A stretch of DNA of 64,000 nt from Chamaesiphon sp. (lineage in GTDB: Bacteria; Cyanobacteriota; Cyanobacteriia; Cyanobacteriales; Chamaesiphonaceae). Numbering within the stretch: position 1 is the stretch's first letter; each line of letters opens with the position of its first letter. The notes under the pieces are model-generated. The model was not told the DNA's origin. It worked only from the letters and a program-made list of their open reading frames with translations, and searched no databases. The stretch covers positions 1-64,000 of the forward strand of contig CBDFFH010000029.1 of the NCBI GenBank assembly GCA_965246715.1, written 5' to 3'. The position numbers and the translations under genes are program-made. Shown piece by piece: positions 61,936-64,000 of this stretch.

Positions 61936-61986
61936 GAAACGAAGGCAGGAGTCATTAATCGGTAATCCTTATCCCGAACTGACGTT
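61936..61986. mobile_element. Right-end remnant of the 36607 MITE family
   Basis: GAAACGAAG..GGTAATCCTTATCCCGAACTGACGTT matches 36795-36842. Confidence 0.7.
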
Positions 61987-61988
61987 AA

Positions 61989-62030
61989 AATACGAAAAAA
62001 GGCGCATATTAATGCGCCTTTTTTCGTATT
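61989..62030. terminator. Bidirectional intrinsic terminator
   Basis: AATACGAAAAAAGGCGCAT-atta-ATGCGCCTTTTTTCGTATT between convergent genes. Confidence 0.85.
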
Positions 62031-62105
62031 CCAAGAATTAATTCAGGAGAGATATTTTAGGAATAAATCAACTTCTCAAATACAATCTGAGAAATTTTTG
62101 AAACC

Positions 62106-63044
62106 TTACGTTTGCCATAAAGATCGATCGGCATTCGGCGGCACCATAATCCACAAACTATCGGGCACCACCCGAAAATTCATTGGCGTTTTCCCCAGGT
62201 AATCGCCGTCTACCTGAACGGGTAGCACCTTCCCCCGTTGGGCGCGAATTTCAATTTGTCGGGCTTGATAGTATTGGATGAGCGGATCGCGATTGTAGTG
62301 ACGGGCAAAAATCGAGATTAAGCGTCGCGGTGCAGAAAGCATCCCTTGTCCCTTAATCACACATACATCCAATAAGCCATCATCGATCGTCGCATGAGCG
62401 GTGAACTTAATCACGCCACCATAGAGTTGACTATTCCCGATGACGACCATCAAAATTCTGCCGCGCACCCGCTTACCATCGATTTTTAATTTCAGCCGCA
62501 CCCCACGAAATTCCCAGGCAACTTGGATCGCTTGCTTGATATAGGCAATCGCCCCCAATCGTTTCTTTTCATTGGCGTTCACCGTCGCTGTTACTGCCGC
62601 ATCGAAGCCGATCCCCGCCATCAGCAGAAAATAACGATTACCAGCACTCCCGACATCGATTTTAGTCAGATCGGACTTCGCAAGACTAGCTGCGGCTTTG
62701 AGCATGTCCATCGGTAAACCCATTTCTCGCGCCCAAATATTCACAGTGCCTAAAGGTAACGTGCCCAGTGCGGTATCGGTGCCGATTAAGCCATTCATCA
62801 CCTCGTTTACCGTCCCATCGCCCCCTGCCGCTATAACTGCGTTATAGGCATCTCTGGCGGCTTGCTGCGCCTTCCTGGTTGCATCTCCAGGTGCGGTAGT
62901 AGCAGCAATATCTACCACCCATCCACAATTGCGCCACAAATCTGCCACCCGATCGAGTGTAGCGGCTAAGTTGGGTGATTGTCCCGCTGCGGGATTGTAG
63001 ACGATCAGAACTCGAAAGTCGGGAGTTAAACTACTGAAGCGCAT
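62106..63044 (-). CDS. Diacylglycerol/lipid kinase family protein (YegS-like)
   Basis: YNPAAG, AGGDGTVNEV, LPLGTVN, AGIGFDA, QVDGD. Confidence 0.92.
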   Translation of the reverse strand: MRFSSLTPDFRVLIVYNPAAGQSPNLAATLDRVADLWRNCGWVVDIAATTAPGDATRKAQQAARDAYNAVIAAGGDGTVNEVMNGLIGTDTALGTLPLGTVNIWAREMGLPMDMLKAAASLAKSDLTKIDVGSAGNRYFLLMAGIGFDAAVTATVNANEKKRLGAIAYIKQAIQVAWEFRGVRLKLKIDGKRVRGRILMVVIGNSQLYGGVIKFTAHATIDDGLLDVCVIKGQGMLSAPRRLISIFARHYNRDPLIQYYQARQIEIRAQRGKVLPVQVDGDYLGKTPMNFRVVPDSLWIMVPPNADRSLWQT

Positions 63045-63163
63045 TTAGATTAAGGAATATCTTTTTTTGACCGTTGGAGGCGCAAGGAGTGCAGAGGTTA
63101 GATAATATAAACACTTGGATCTTCTAACCAGATTCTCGATAGATTTTATTTAGTGCTCGCGAT

Positions 63164-64000
63164 ATGTCTAATTTCCTCTTAGAAGTCGGTACCGAAGATT
63201 TGCCCGCAGGTTTTGTGAGCGATGCGATTCGCCAGTGGGAAACGATGATTCCGGCTAGTCTGGCGGCTGAAGCCTTAACTCACGATCGAGTACAGGTTTA
63301 TGCTACACCGCGCCGTCTGTCAGTTATTGTTACAAATCTACCCGATCGGCAGATCGATCGCGAAGAGGAAATCAAAGGCCCACCAGCCGCCGCCGCATAT
63401 AAAGATGGACAACCGACTCCCGCAGCATTGGGGTTTGCGCGCAAGCAAGGTGTAGATCCTGCCAGTCTAGAATTACGCATGACAGATAAAGGGGAATTTA
63501 TCTTCATTACCAAGTCTATTCCCGGTCGCGATACTAGAGAGATTTTAACCGAGTTGATTCCTCAGTGGATTTTTAAATTAGAAGGCAAACGCTTGATGCG
63601 GTGGGCGAATGGGGATTTAAAATTCCCCCGACCGATTCGCTGGTTGATTGCCCTGTGGAATGAGGCTATTTTACCGATCGAAATTACTAACGATGAGGAT
63701 ACAGTAAAAAGCGATCGCATTTCTCGCACCCATCGAGTTTTACATCCGGCACCAGTTTCCGTCGCTTCAGCCGCTGAGTATTTAAAAACCTTGGCATCTG
63801 GTTATGTAAATGTAGACCAAAATCAGCGCAAGAGTGATATCCAGCAGCAGATTCAGGCGGCGGCGGCTAAGATGGGCGGAGTCGCAGAAATTTATCCCGA
63901 TCTGCTGGATGAAGTTGTTAATTTAGTCGAATATCCGACCGCGATCGTTGGTAAATTCGATGACGAGTTTCTCAAGTTACCAGCAGAAGTAATTACGACT
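63164..64000 (+). CDS. glyS: Glycine--tRNA ligase beta subunit, 5' part (runs off the window)
   Basis: [53 protein letters not shown]. Confidence 0.96.
   Translation, partial: MSNFLLEVGTEDLPAGFVSDAIRQWETMIPASLAAEALTHDRVQVYATPRRLSVIVTNLPDRQIDREEEIKGPPAAAAYKDGQPTPAALGFARKQGVDPASLELRMTDKGEFIFITKSIPGRDTREILTELIPQWIFKLEGKRLMRWANGDLKFPRPIRWLIALWNEAILPIEITNDEDTVKSDRISRTHRVLHPAPVSVASAAEYLKTLASGYVNVDQNQRKSDIQQQIQAAAAKMGGVAEIYPDLLDEVVNLVEYPTAIVGKFDDEFLKLPAEVITT

Overview
Cyanobacterial chromosome segment. Evidence: psbH/psbN, Ycf46, NarM-like and DevBCA genes, and very dense CGATCG/HIP1-type palindromes; a Chamaesiphon-like genome is a tentative guess. Mostly housekeeping genes: end of rpsP, khpA, a proA-like gene, lysA, rpsD, moaA, ruvB, mutS2, purN, clpC, tatA, psbH, psbN, glyQ, start of glyS, class I aldolase, an M16 peptidase, tRNA-Gly and tRNA-Asp. 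Accessory genes include a MoxR/DUF58/transglutaminase operon, ABC systems, an orphan phosphorothioation-associated methyltransferase, a NuiA-like protein and a stand-alone ClpC N-domain duplicate. I saw no transposase or CRISPR array. The most striking content is a nested set of non-coding mobile repeats. GTAG-footed REP-like palindromes occur inside several different MITE shells, with 4-, 8-, 9- and 10-bp target duplications. Two 48-49 nt hairpin elements are inserted at a CT core inside such repeats, with IS110/IS1111-like end geometry, and one of them is translated in frame inside MutS2. All calls come from reading the sequence by eye; no searches were run.
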